34,605 nucleotides of DNA from Abditibacteriaceae bacterium (GCA_031372065.1 JANMKN010000288.1:1-34605), one strand, 5' to 3'. Counted from the first letter of the stretch, positions 1 to 9,231 are shown. The notes: generated by a model from the letters alone, not told the origin. Numbers and translations are program-made.

Positions 1-76
1 CTTCTGGTGGGCGCCACCAGAAGCTCTGCACCTGCTGCGAGGCTTCTGGTGGGCGCCACCAGAAGCCTTGCACCAC
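1..76. repeat. Palindromic direct repeat, 42-bp period, two copies visible, cut by the window edge
   Basis: CTTCTGGTGG-GCG-CCACCAGAAG (10-bp arms, 3-nt loop) at 1-23 and 43-65. Both copies are followed by similar tails (CTCTGCACC / CCTTGCACC). Confidence 0.85.
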
Positions 77-213
77 TGAATTTAGTCGTAATTGACCTGA
101 TTTGCGATCTATCGAAGATAAAACGGAGGAAATGGAGTCCGTCCAGTGGGCACCCGGCGTCTCGCCCGCGCTCCCACACTTCAATAGCCGCAACTTCACA
201 CAAGGAGCCTACT

Positions 214-1137
214 ATGGCCGGGAACGAAGCACCCAGAGATTCGGATAAATTACAACAAGCCCTTGAAAAAGCGGTCATCGGCGCCACTTCGCACGCGGCC
301 ACTCTCAACCTCAAGCACGACGCTACACGCCTTAACAACGCCCGTCAAACGCTTTTTGACACCGAAGTGGCCCTCGATAAAGCGCAAAATGCCTTCGACG
401 GCGCCGATCATAACCGCGCGCTCAAAGACAACGAAATCGAAGCTTTCGTCAAAACGCTTAAAGAGGCGTTGGTTTACAATTTTGGTCCCGAATTCGGGCC
501 GGTTTACCACGAAGCCGGTTTTCCCGACAATACCACCGAGATTCCCGACGATTCATCGGGCCGTCACGCCATTTTCGCGCGTATTCCCGGCCTTTTGACG
601 GATTATCCTCAATTAGTCAACGCCGCCAAAAACCTGACTGTGGCCCGCGCCACTGCTCTTGGCACCGAATGGACGGGTGTTTTGGGCGTTCTCACCAACA
701 AAGAAGGCCTCAAAGATACCGCCGAAACCGCGCGCAATAACGCTTTCAAAGCGGCGCGCAAGGTTTTTATCGGTCTGGTGGACGAATTGGACGAAGAATT
801 ATCTTCCAACGACATCATCTGGTGGGATTTCGGCCTCAATCGTCCCGACGATCCGGCCACTCCCGATGCGCCCGACGCACCGCCGACGGTCGCAGCCCTT
901 GGCGCGGGCACGATTTATGTCAGCAGTCTCATCCTGCCACGCCGCGCCGACGCTTGTTTCGTGCGCACGCAAATCGTCGGCGAGCAAAACGAGCCGCATC
1001 CTGCCAGTGATCGCGTTCTCGATGACACCACGCTGATAAATCAACCATCCGGCAAAACCCTGCGCGTTTTCTACTGCGGCGTCAACGAAGACGGCACCGG
1101 CCCGCTTTCGCCCTTCGCTGAGATTGTGGTGTTGTAA
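214..1137 (+). CDS. Hypothetical protein: N-terminal alpha-helical region plus C-terminal FN3/Ig-like beta-sandwich
   Basis: AAGGAG RBS at 202-207 before ATG 214, in frame with ORF 7..1137. Ala-rich helical segments, a PDAPDAPP linker, and a C-terminal 'LRVFYCGVNEDGTGPLSPFAEI' resembling the FN3 signature (V.A.N..G.G..S). Confidence 0.75.
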   Translation: MAGNEAPRDSDKLQQALEKAVIGATSHAATLNLKHDATRLNNARQTLFDTEVALDKAQNAFDGADHNRALKDNEIEAFVKTLKEALVYNFGPEFGPVYHEAGFPDNTTEIPDDSSGRHAIFARIPGLLTDYPQLVNAAKNLTVARATALGTEWTGVLGVLTNKEGLKDTAETARNNAFKAARKVFIGLVDELDEELSSNDIIWWDFGLNRPDDPATPDAPDAPPTVAALGAGTIYVSSLILPRRADACFVRTQIVGEQNEPHPASDRVLDDTTLINQPSGKTLRVFYCGVNEDGTGPLSPFAEIVVL

Positions 1138-1138
1138 A

Positions 1139-1257
1139 CGGGAGGCGGGTGGCGGGTGGCAGGAGGCAGGAGGCAGGAGTAATGGCTGTCCTGCCACCTG
1201 CCACCTGCCTACTGCCTACTACTGCCTACTACTGCCTACTGCCCACTGCCCACTGCT
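1139..1257. repeat. Inverted arrays of 7-bp tandem repeats (STRR-like intergenic hairpin)
   Basis: Six C(A/G)GG(A/T)GG-type heptamers at 1139-1180, then about eight complementary (C/A)CTGCC(A/T/C) heptamers at 1190-1257. Confidence 0.85.
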
Positions 1258-1306
1258 TAATGGCCTTACCATAGGCCACTGCGGGTTGTTCAAGGAAAGG
1301 TTGTTC

Positions 1307-2848
1307 GTGATAAGGAATTTGAGTTTGGCGTGTAGCGCGCTGTTTTTGTGCGCCACCGCCCACGCCGATGTGAAATTATCGGCGATGTTTGGCGACCACA
1401 TGATTTTGCAAAGTGGCGTCAACGTGCCTATCTGGGGCGAGGCCGCGCCGGGCGAGCAGGTAACGGTCAGGATTTTCGATCAAACCAAGAAAACGGTGGC
1501 TTCGATTGACGGCCAGTGGAGGATTCAATTGAATCCTCTGCCAGTCAGCGAAGGCACCGTTATGCAGGTGGAGGGCATCAATCCCATCACTCTCAGCGAT
1601 GTGGCCGTAGGCGAAGTGTGGCTGGCGTCGGGGCAGTCGAACATGGAAATGATGCTGCAAAACACCAGCGATCTCGACAATGCCTTAAGCGAAGCGGACG
1701 ACCCCGGTTTGCGCTTGTATAAAGTCGAAAAAGCCACTGCCGAGCAGCCTTTGAGCGACTTAAAAGGCTCGTGGAAACTCAGCACGCCCGAAATTGCGAA
1801 GCCCTATTCGGCAGTGGGCTGGTATTTTGGGCGCGAGTTGCGCAAGCGCTTGAAAGTGCCGGTGGGCATTATTCATTCGTCGTGGGGCGGCACCGAAGCC
1901 GAGGCGTGGACAAGTTTGGCGGCTTTGGGGGCCAACGAGGAATACAAGCCGATTTTTGAGCGTTGGAATAAATACATGGCGCAGTTTCCATCGGCCAACG
2001 AACGCTATATCAATCAGGTTTTGCCGAAATGGGAAGCCGAAAGGCAGCAAGCCAAAGCCGAAGGTCGGCCCGAACCGCCGAAACCCAACGGGCCGATTCC
2101 CCCCAACAGTCCGCATCGTCCGGCCAATTTATACAACGCCATGATCGCGCCTCTTGTGCCCTATGCGATGCGCGGCGTCATTTGGTATCAAGGCGAAAGC
2201 AACGCCAGTCGCGCTTATCAATACCGTCACTTGTTGCCGACGATGATCGCCGATTGGCGGAGCGCGTGGGGCGTGAAAAACCCGCGCGACTTTGCCTTTT
2301 ATCTGGTGCAGTTGGCGAACTTTCGCGCCGAAAAACCCGAACCGGCGGACAGCGAATGGGCCGAACTGCGCGAAGCGCAAACCATGACTGCGCTGATGCC
2401 CGGTAACGGACAAGCATTAGCGGTTGACATCGGCGAAGCGGGCGACATTCATCCAAAAAACAAGCGTGCCGTTGGAATGCGTTTGGCTTTTTTGGCGCTT
2501 TCGCAAACTTACGGGCAGCATATCGAGTATTCCGGGCCAACTTTCGCGGCGATGACGCGTGAAGACAAGAAAATTCGGCTCAAATTTGCGAACGCCGAAG
2601 GTTTGATGAGCAAAACCTATCCGATTCCCGGTTTTGCCATCGCGGGCGCCGATCAAAAATGGAAGTGGGCCAACGCGAGCATCGAAGGCAACGAAATTGT
2701 GGTGTGGAACGACGCAATCGCCGATCCGATTGCGGTGCGTTACGCGTGGGCCGACAATCCCAAAGCGACGATCTACAACAACGCTAATTTGCCCGCTGTG
2801 CCCTTTCGCACCGACATTTGGCCGGGCATGACGATGGACAAGAATTAA
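1307..2848 (+). CDS. Sialate O-acetylesterase (SASA, SGNH family), secreted
   Basis: GEVWLASGQSNME, GVIWYQGESNA, DIHPKNK and AVRYAWADNP motifs. Signal peptide ends ATAHA. GTG start at 1307 follows AAGGAAAGG. Confidence 0.9.
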   Translation: MIRNLSLACSALFLCATAHADVKLSAMFGDHMILQSGVNVPIWGEAAPGEQVTVRIFDQTKKTVASIDGQWRIQLNPLPVSEGTVMQVEGINPITLSDVAVGEVWLASGQSNMEMMLQNTSDLDNALSEADDPGLRLYKVEKATAEQPLSDLKGSWKLSTPEIAKPYSAVGWYFGRELRKRLKVPVGIIHSSWGGTEAEAWTSLAALGANEEYKPIFERWNKYMAQFPSANERYINQVLPKWEAERQQAKAEGRPEPPKPNGPIPPNSPHRPANLYNAMIAPLVPYAMRGVIWYQGESNASRAYQYRHLLPTMIADWRSAWGVKNPRDFAFYLVQLANFRAEKPEPADSEWAELREAQTMTALMPGNGQALAVDIGEAGDIHPKNKRAVGMRLAFLALSQTYGQHIEYSGPTFAAMTREDKKIRLKFANAEGLMSKTYPIPGFAIAGADQKWKWANASIEGNEIVVWNDAIADPIAVRYAWADNPKATIYNNANLPAVPFRTDIWPGMTMDKN

Positions 2849-2856
2849 CCAAAGCC

Positions 2857-2908
2857 AAACAACAAAACGGGCATTCTCTTGCGAAGAGAATGCCCGTTTT
2901 GTTGTTTT
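2857..2908. terminator. Bidirectional rho-independent terminator between convergent genes
   Basis: AAACAACAAAACGGGCATTCTCTT-GCG-AAGAGAATGCCCGTTTTGTTGTTT, a perfect long inverted repeat with A/T tails. Confidence 0.9.
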
Positions 2909-2918
2909 ATTTCGATCT

Positions 2919-4622
2919 TCAATGGCTGCGATGATTAATGTTCACGCCTACCAGACAAACATCATCCGCGAATCCGCCGGAGGCTGAGAAGCTGCGAATA
3001 TCTTTTAACAAGTGGTCAAACATTGCATCTACCGGCAAATTGATGTGGTCGCGCAATGAGGAGATCAAGCGGTCTTCACCGAATTCTTCTTCTTGGCCTT
3101 GCACTTCAAAAACGCCATCGGTGAACAAGACGATCAGATCATCTGCTTCTAACTTGCTGTTTACCGTTTCGTAAACCACATCGCCAAAGACGCCCAACGC
3201 TGGCCCGCTGGGGCTGCCTTGAACAAAGAGTGGCTCAACGGTTTGCCGATTGCGACGCACGCGCAGAGGGCTGGGATGTCCGGCATTGGCGTAGGTTAAT
3301 TGGCCGCTCGCTGTGTCGGCGACCAAATAAATGGCCGAAGCGAACATGGGCGTGTTGGCTTGTTCCAAGATGGCGTATAAATGGTGATTTATTTCCTCCA
3401 TAAAAGCGCCAGGGTTGGCAGCGGTTGACGTTTTTTCGCTGACCAGCGCGCGAATCATTGCTGTCACCAGCGCGGAGCGAACGCCATGCCCCATAACATC
3501 GCAAATGAAAACTCCAGCGCAGGTGTCGGACAGGGCCGTGACTTGAAAGAAGTCGCCGCCTAAAGCCGCATCCGGGATGTAGCAATGATGAAAAGTTAAA
3601 GAACTTTGTTCGCCGGGCAGGCATTCGGAAAAACGCGGATGCTGGGCGATAATGAAAGCTTCCTGCATGGCCCGCGCCAGATCAAGGTCGGCTTGCATTC
3701 GCGCGTTGCGGTCACGCAATTCTTCCTCGGCTTGCTTTTGTTCGGTGATGTCTTCGGAAATGCCCAGCAGATATTGCGGATTCCCCGCATCATCGAAAAT
3801 CGGGATTTTCTTGGTGTGAAAAATGCGCGTGCCTTTAGCACAATGAATAGTTTCTTCGGGCACATCCAGCAACTTACCGCTGCTCAGAACGGCGCGGTCA
3901 GCTTTGGTAAAAAAATTGGCTTCCTCGCCGGGGAACAGTTCGAAATCATTCTTGCCCAGCATTTGTTCTTGCGAAAGCCCAATCATTTCTTCTTCCGCTT
4001 TATTTATGCGCACGAATCGTAAATCCTGCGCATCTTTAACGAAAATCATGTGCGGGATATTTTCGACGATAGAAGTCAGGAATTTATCGGTGCGGCGCGT
4101 GGCTTCTTCCACTTCGCGGCGCTTAGTTACATTATGCGCTACAGCATAAATTAAATTTTGTTGGGCGTCGGCGGTGAGATTCCATTCCAACCAGCGGAAA
4201 GTATCATCCTTGCAGCGGCAGCGATTCTCCAAAGAAAGAATCTGTTCATCGCTGGGACTGAGAGTTTGGAGACTGTCCAAGGCGGCTTTGGTCGCTGCGT
4301 GGTCTTCGGGATGCACAATTTCAAGGAGCGATTTCGCCAGCAATTCTGGGCCGCTGTAGCCTAAAATTCTTTCAAATGCCGGATTGAGTCGCTCAAATGT
4401 TCCCTCTAAATTTATGACGCACAGCATATCAAGGGACAAACGAAAAAAGCCGTCCAAAACGCGGCGATCTCCGGCAAAGAGTTTGGCGGAAGAGTCTGTG
4501 GCGGACGAGATAAGCGCAGGAGGTTGAACGGAAACCGAGGGGCGGTCAACCGAAACGCGCATAACATTGCTGTCGCTTTGGCTTACCCGTTCAGTTGTGG
4601 GCTTGGTGCGGTCTGATGCCAT
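2919..4622 (-). CDS. PAS-PAS sensor fused to a SpoIIE/RsbU-type PP2C phosphatase
   Basis: Two PAS/PAC domains (VHPED; LLGISEDITEQKQAEE), a coiled coil, then GGDFF, DVMGHG, NAGHP, FTDGVFE and DDVC motifs. Confidence 0.92.
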   Translation of the reverse strand: MASDRTKPTTERVSQSDSNVMRVSVDRPSVSVQPPALISSATDSSAKLFAGDRRVLDGFFRLSLDMLCVINLEGTFERLNPAFERILGYSGPELLAKSLLEIVHPEDHAATKAALDSLQTLSPSDEQILSLENRCRCKDDTFRWLEWNLTADAQQNLIYAVAHNVTKRREVEEATRRTDKFLTSIVENIPHMIFVKDAQDLRFVRINKAEEEMIGLSQEQMLGKNDFELFPGEEANFFTKADRAVLSSGKLLDVPEETIHCAKGTRIFHTKKIPIFDDAGNPQYLLGISEDITEQKQAEEELRDRNARMQADLDLARAMQEAFIIAQHPRFSECLPGEQSSLTFHHCYIPDAALGGDFFQVTALSDTCAGVFICDVMGHGVRSALVTAMIRALVSEKTSTAANPGAFMEEINHHLYAILEQANTPMFASAIYLVADTASGQLTYANAGHPSPLRVRRNRQTVEPLFVQGSPSGPALGVFGDVVYETVNSKLEADDLIVLFTDGVFEVQGQEEEFGEDRLISSLRDHINLPVDAMFDHLLKDIRSFSASGGFADDVCLVGVNINHRSH

Positions 4623-4731
4623 ACAAAGTGTCCTTCAGCGAAGGCCTTTTTCTGTCATAATGACGAATTGAATTTTGATGCAGGGTTAATTTGATTATAC
4701 GGTATCTGCCGTGATAACGCCGCCATTGGCA

Positions 4732-5174
4732 CAGGGCAAACGCATAGGATTTGAGCAGGCCTCTCTTTGTGAGTGAAACCGGGTGAATGTTTCTTTTGGA
4801 GGTTTTTTCCGAAGTGCGTGACCTACGCACGCCCTGCCATGCGCTCAAACATCAGTTGGTAGACATCCTATGCATTGCCCTGTTGACGGCAAAGCTGTGG
4901 GCCACTCTTTCGACGTGGTCACAACCGACGCCCTCTATAACGCAAAAGAATATCGCAACGGCCATTGGGCAGGTTGCCTTTAGCGAAGATGATTGTCGCC
5001 TTCGCAAAGATCATGCGCCTCAAAACTTTGCCACTCTGCGAAAAATCGCCCTCAACTTGCTCCGCCAAGACCAAAAAACCAGTGGAGTCAAATCCCGAAG
5101 AAAAATGGCTGGTTGGGCTGACGACTATCTACTTCGCATCTTGGCTGCTCATTAATTCCTATGCGTTTGCCCTG
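4732..5174 (+). mobile_element. Internally deleted ISAs1-family element (MITE-like, 443 bp)
   Basis: Perfect 18-bp TIRs: CAGGGCAAACGCATAGGA (4732-4749) and TCCTATGCGTTTGCCCTG (5157-5174). They enclose ISAs1 transposase fragments. Confidence 0.9.
4787..5155 (+). pseudogene. ISAs1 transposase remnant
   Basis: N-terminal 'FSEVRDLR..KHQLVDILCIALL', a frameshifted middle piece 'VVTTDALY/TQKNIATAI', and C-terminal 'FSEDDCRLRKDHAPQNFATLRKIALNLLR..KSRRKMAGW'. Only about 122 codons versus about 370 for a full enzyme. Confidence 0.88.
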
Positions 5175-5237
5175 CGTAAAACACCGCACCACCAATGCAA
5201 AGCGCGATGATTTTTAGGAATTCGATGGCCTCAGTTT

Positions 5238-8200
5238 TCACGGCGTAAAGTGGATTTTATAAGCGAAAGCGCCATCGGTTTTGAAAGACAAAAGGTTTTG
5301 ATCAGCGCGCTGTATTTTCGTGACCGAAAGCGGCTTGCCGTCTCTGTCCACAGCCATAATTCCCGAAATATTGGTGCTTTTGGCGCCGAGATGGTCAAGT
5401 TTCAAAATGTAATCGAACGGCAGTGAATCGGGTAGGGGTGTGAGAAGCCAATCGTTTCCGGTGTGCTGCAATCGAAAGGCGCCGTTGGTGGCAACCGGGC
5501 CGAAATCTATCATTTTTCCGGCTGTGTTCAAGCGCGCTTCGCGTTGCGCGACATCGGCGTCGGGCGCTTGCGGCACATAAGTGACCAGCGGTTGGCCGTC
5601 TTTGAAATTCACTTTGATCGTGCCTGCTTTGGCGCGTCCGCTTTCGCTCGGCCCGGCCAAATCGAGGCGAGCGCCGCCTTCGGGATTCCAAAAACCGGGG
5701 CGCACCGAAAATTCATCGGGCGCCGTGATGGTTTCGGGCAAAGTCGCTTCAAAAGTTGTTTCAAATGTGCCGCGCTCGCCTAATTTTTGCGCCTCGAAAG
5801 CGCCGCCACCTTGAAACGCGATTTGTTCGCCGCTTGCACTCGTGGCACTGCTGAAATGCAAAAACGGGCGATAAGTTGTTTCGACGGGCCGCAACACGTC
5901 CCATGCCATGCGCAAGCGAAGTTTGCGACCTTCATTGGTGATGCCTAAAACACGCGGACGAATCGCGCCTTCGTCGGCGGCCAAAGGCCGCGCATCGGCA
6001 AACAAAACGCCCGGCGCGCGGGCAAATCCGGTAATCTGCCCGTCGCGCCTCGCAATCGAGGCCGAAACTTCGCCCGCTTTGGCGACGAAACCATAAGGCG
6101 GCAAAATAGTGCCTTCGTTTTGCCAATCTTCCTTGCCCCGATTGACTGTCACAGCGGCATTTTGGAAAGTCACACTTTGATGATGAATGCTATCGCCGAC
6201 GAATTTATGCGCCAGCATTTCGCTGTTGGCTAACTTTTTCGATAAATCATGCAGCAGCCAATACGTCATCACAGCGCGGCGCGAAAATGGGCCGTCGCAC
6301 ATCGGATTGCGCCCGCCTAAAACGGTGAGCGATAGATAATCATCGCTGCCATAGCCGTGTAGGGAATTGTCCTGACCGCCCGCATAACGCGGCCCCAAGC
6401 CGCCCGCAAAAAGCACGAAATCGCCATGCGTTGCCATATCGTGCCACGGAATGCGCTCGCCATCGGCGGCGGGCAAACGCCAGCCGAAATTGGCGTTGTC
6501 GCCCGCACTGCGCGGTGCATCGGGTGCAAACCAACCCGAATGATCACTTTGTCCCGCGTCGAGATGACCAATCAGCGCATCGGTGCCCGCTTCGGAAATT
6601 GTCGGCGCGTTGTTGCCGAAAACTTGCCGCGCGCGGTCAAAAGTCTCACCCCATTTTTGCTGCGTGATGGTCTTCGGATAAAAGTTTCCAGCGCGGTCGT
6701 AAAAGTCAATCGGCGGCATGGCGGTGAACACATCCACGAACAATCCATCGGGCGCGAAACCGTCTTTCATCAGCTTTAAATTGCGCTCAAGAAAAGGCCC
6801 GAAGGCAGTTGGCAGCCAGCGATAACTAAGCGCTTTGCGGCCTTCATTGAGCCACGCTTTTTGCGGTGTGCCATCGGCGTTGAAAACGATTTTGTCGTAA
6901 GAAAAACCCTCGGCGTCGGGATAAAAATCAATATAGTTATCGTGCGGCACGAAAAGCAGGCCCGCCTTTTTGCAAGCGGCCACCATCGCCTGAAAGTCGG
7001 CTTCATTTCCGGCAGGCGGATAAATATCGGGCAAGCGATAATCATAGCCCCAGCGCTGCCAAACGTGCTTGACGAAAACGGCATCAGTCAGGCCGTAAGC
7101 GGCGGCTTTTTCGATGTCCTGCGCCGCTTTTTTATAATCGCCGCCCCATTGGTCGAGGCACATTTTGCCTTTGAGTTTCGCTACGCCGCCCGCCGCTTTG
7201 AAACCAGCAATTTGTTGATAAACCTTGGCCGCTGCAAAGGCGCCTTGCGTGGACGGCACAAAGGTAAAGGTCGTATCGTGATGCGAAAACAGCGTGCAGC
7301 GATTGTTGTCGGGATTAACAGAAAGCGAATCGGGGAAAACATCGGTGGCTTGCAGCAGCGACATTCCGTTGGCATAATCGGCGCCGATGTGCCGCGTGGA
7401 TAAATCAAAGCCGCCCGCGCGAATTTTCATCGCGCCGGGATTCTGCAAGACGTTGCCAAAACCGGCATAAACGCGCTTAATGGTTTGCGAACACGTCCCG
7501 ATTCCCAAACTTGTAAAACGCGGTGAACCTTTGGCGTCGCGTTTGACGCCCGGCATCGAAAAAGCCACGCGCAACGCGCCTTTTTCGGCCCAAATTTGGG
7601 CTTGAACAGGCACTTTTTGCTGTTCTACAGTGAATTCTTGGTTAATCGTGAGGCGTCCCTTGTCCCATTTGGAATTTACAGGGATTTCGCTGCCATTTGA
7701 TGAATTAATTGGAAGCCGTGAATCGTGATCTATTTCCAAATCGAAGCCTGTGAACGTTAGCAATTCATTTTCAGAAGCAAAGACAATAACCGCATCTAAG
7801 AGGCCGAGATGACCGGGCGAAATGGCGGCAGTGAGTTGTGGTTGGCCTTGATTTAATCGCCATGCTCCCTCCACGGCTGTGGTCAACAAGGCTCGCTTTG
7901 CTTTCGAAGTGGCACTGGCGACAGGATCGTAGTCGTTATGGCCTCCGCCTGCAGCAAAGCCAACCATTCTGCGCGCAATTATAGGTTCGGCCCAATAAGC
8001 CTGATCTACGCTGGTGTTACGCGCCGGGCCGGGGCCGGTGAAAAGGCGCAGGTTGATGGTTTTTCCTGCGTAAGCCGATAAATCTACGTCGGCATCTTCC
8101 CATTTTTTCGCAGTGGAAAAACGCGAAAATATTTCTTTGAAACCCGTGCCGTCGTTTACCAAAACGCGGAAATCAACGCCATCGGAAAGTGGCTCGTTGG

Positions 8201-8948
8201 CATTGCTGTCGCGAATCGCCGTAGCGAAAGTGAGCGAGAGCGGTTTTTCATTGGGCAACGCGATTTTGTAATCCACATAAGCCTCGCCCCAACCCGCGCG
8301 CCACGGCGGATGAATGGCAAGGGCGCGACGCTTTTCGCCGCGATCAACATCTTGCGGCGTTACGGTAGTGCCGCTTGTTTCGTCGTTGCCTTGCCAGCCA
8401 ATCGGCAAAGTTTGCGGGTTTTCGCCCTTGAGCGCGTAGCTGACTTGATAGGTTTTCGGGTCGTCCAAACGCAAAGCGCCATTCACTTTGAGAAGCGGCA
8501 GTTCTTTAAGCGCGGGCGGCTGCGGAATGGCACCCGGCGCGACATTCAAAATCAAAATCGCGTGCGGATTTGGGCCGTTTTGCACGGTGGCTTGGGCGTG
8601 AACCGGATAAAGCGCCGCGTAAGTGCCTTGGCCCGCCGTGACGGAAATTGGAAAGGTTTTATTGCCTTTGGCGGGCAGCGAAAATGGCTGCATTAGTTCG
8701 CGGCCTTTGCCTTCGACTGTCCATTCATCCGTTACCCAAACGCGCAAAGTGCCGTTCAGCGGCATATCGCCGGAATTGGAAAGCGTGACCGGCACAGCGA
8801 TGGGTTTCTCAAGCGCTGTGACATCGCCCGGTTCAGCAATGGAAACGGTGAGCGCGCCTTGCGTGTCCGTCGGCGGGTTGAAAGCGTGCGCAATGGGCAA
8901 TTTGGCCGCTAACAACATCAAAAACGCGAAAAAAACTTGCTTTTTCAT
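5238..8948 (-). CDS. Large secreted multidomain glycoside-hydrolase-like protein (NPCBM-like module + DUF5696/GH129-like barrel)
   Basis: Signal peptide (..IAHA), an Ig-like domain, NPCBM-like 'AIHPPW..SDGVDFRVLV', and barrel motifs 'WQRWGYDYRLPD', 'HDNYIDFY', 'FVDVF', 'SEAG'. The family call is tentative. Confidence 0.65.
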   Translation of the reverse strand: MKKQVFFAFLMLLAAKLPIAHAFNPPTDTQGALTVSIAEPGDVTALEKPIAVPVTLSNSGDMPLNGTLRVWVTDEWTVEGKGRELMQPFSLPAKGNKTFPISVTAGQGTYAALYPVHAQATVQNGPNPHAILILNVAPGAIPQPPALKELPLLKVNGALRLDDPKTYQVSYALKGENPQTLPIGWQGNDETSGTTVTPQDVDRGEKRRALAIHPPWRAGWGEAYVDYKIALPNEKPLSLTFATAIRDSNANEPLSDGVDFRVLVNDGTGFKEIFSRFSTAKKWEDADVDLSAYAGKTINLRLFTGPGPARNTSVDQAYWAEPIIARRMVGFAAGGGHNDYDPVASATSKAKRALLTTAVEGAWRLNQGQPQLTAAISPGHLGLLDAVIVFASENELLTFTGFDLEIDHDSRLPINSSNGSEIPVNSKWDKGRLTINQEFTVEQQKVPVQAQIWAEKGALRVAFSMPGVKRDAKGSPRFTSLGIGTCSQTIKRVYAGFGNVLQNPGAMKIRAGGFDLSTRHIGADYANGMSLLQATDVFPDSLSVNPDNNRCTLFSHHDTTFTFVPSTQGAFAAAKVYQQIAGFKAAGGVAKLKGKMCLDQWGGDYKKAAQDIEKAAAYGLTDAVFVKHVWQRWGYDYRLPDIYPPAGNEADFQAMVAACKKAGLLFVPHDNYIDFYPDAEGFSYDKIVFNADGTPQKAWLNEGRKALSYRWLPTAFGPFLERNLKLMKDGFAPDGLFVDVFTAMPPIDFYDRAGNFYPKTITQQKWGETFDRARQVFGNNAPTISEAGTDALIGHLDAGQSDHSGWFAPDAPRSAGDNANFGWRLPAADGERIPWHDMATHGDFVLFAGGLGPRYAGGQDNSLHGYGSDDYLSLTVLGGRNPMCDGPFSRRAVMTYWLLHDLSKKLANSEMLAHKFVGDSIHHQSVTFQNAAVTVNRGKEDWQNEGTILPPYGFVAKAGEVSASIARRDGQITGFARAPGVLFADARPLAADEGAIRPRVLGITNEGRKLRLRMAWDVLRPVETTYRPFLHFSSATSASGEQIAFQGGGAFEAQKLGERGTFETTFEATLPETITAPDEFSVRPGFWNPEGGARLDLAGPSESGRAKAGTIKVNFKDGQPLVTYVPQAPDADVAQREARLNTAGKMIDFGPVATNGAFRLQHTGNDWLLTPLPDSLPFDYILKLDHLGAKSTNISGIMAVDRDGKPLSVTKIQRADQNLLSFKTDGAFAYKIHFTP

Positions 8949-9005
8949 GATTTATAACCTCGTGAAGCCATCGAATCGGGGATGTTCTGGATAGTGGTTA
9001 GAACC

Positions 9006-9197
9006 TTCTTGGCGGAATTCTGGTTGTTCTTGGCGGAATTTCAAGTGTTCGTCGCGGAATTTTGGTCGTTCTTGGCAGAATTTTGAACATTCGTCGCGGA
9101 ATTCCAAGTGTTCGTCGCGGAATTCCAAGTGTTCGTCGTGGAATTCCAAGTGTTCGTCGCGGAATTTCAAGTGTTCGGCGCGGAATTTTGAACGTTC
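9006..9197. repeat. Tandem array of nine 21-bp units
   Basis: Consensus TTCGTCGCGGAATTCCAAGTG. Units start at 9006, 9027, 9048, 9069, 9090, 9111, 9132, 9153 and 9174. TTC and GAATT are invariant. Confidence 0.95.
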
Positions 9198-9231
9198 TTT
9201 TTACTCATCCCGATGATGTTTGAGTTGTGTT

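Noticed and set aside
1..84. CRISPR array
   Set aside because: Only two repeats are visible, the linkers are about 17-19 nt and resemble each other, and there are no cas genes in the window.
7..213. N-terminal extension of the first ORF
   Set aside because: It runs through the repeat and leader. The strong AAGGAG RBS supports ATG 214.
1124..1306. N-terminal extension of the esterase ORF
   Set aside because: It is translated heptamer repeat. The signal peptide and RBS point to GTG 1307.
9006..9197. CRISPR array, or a confident CDS for ORF 8952..9170
   Set aside because: The units are contiguous with no unique spacers. The ORF has only a TTG start inside the repeat with no clear RBS, and openness is expected from a 21-bp period.
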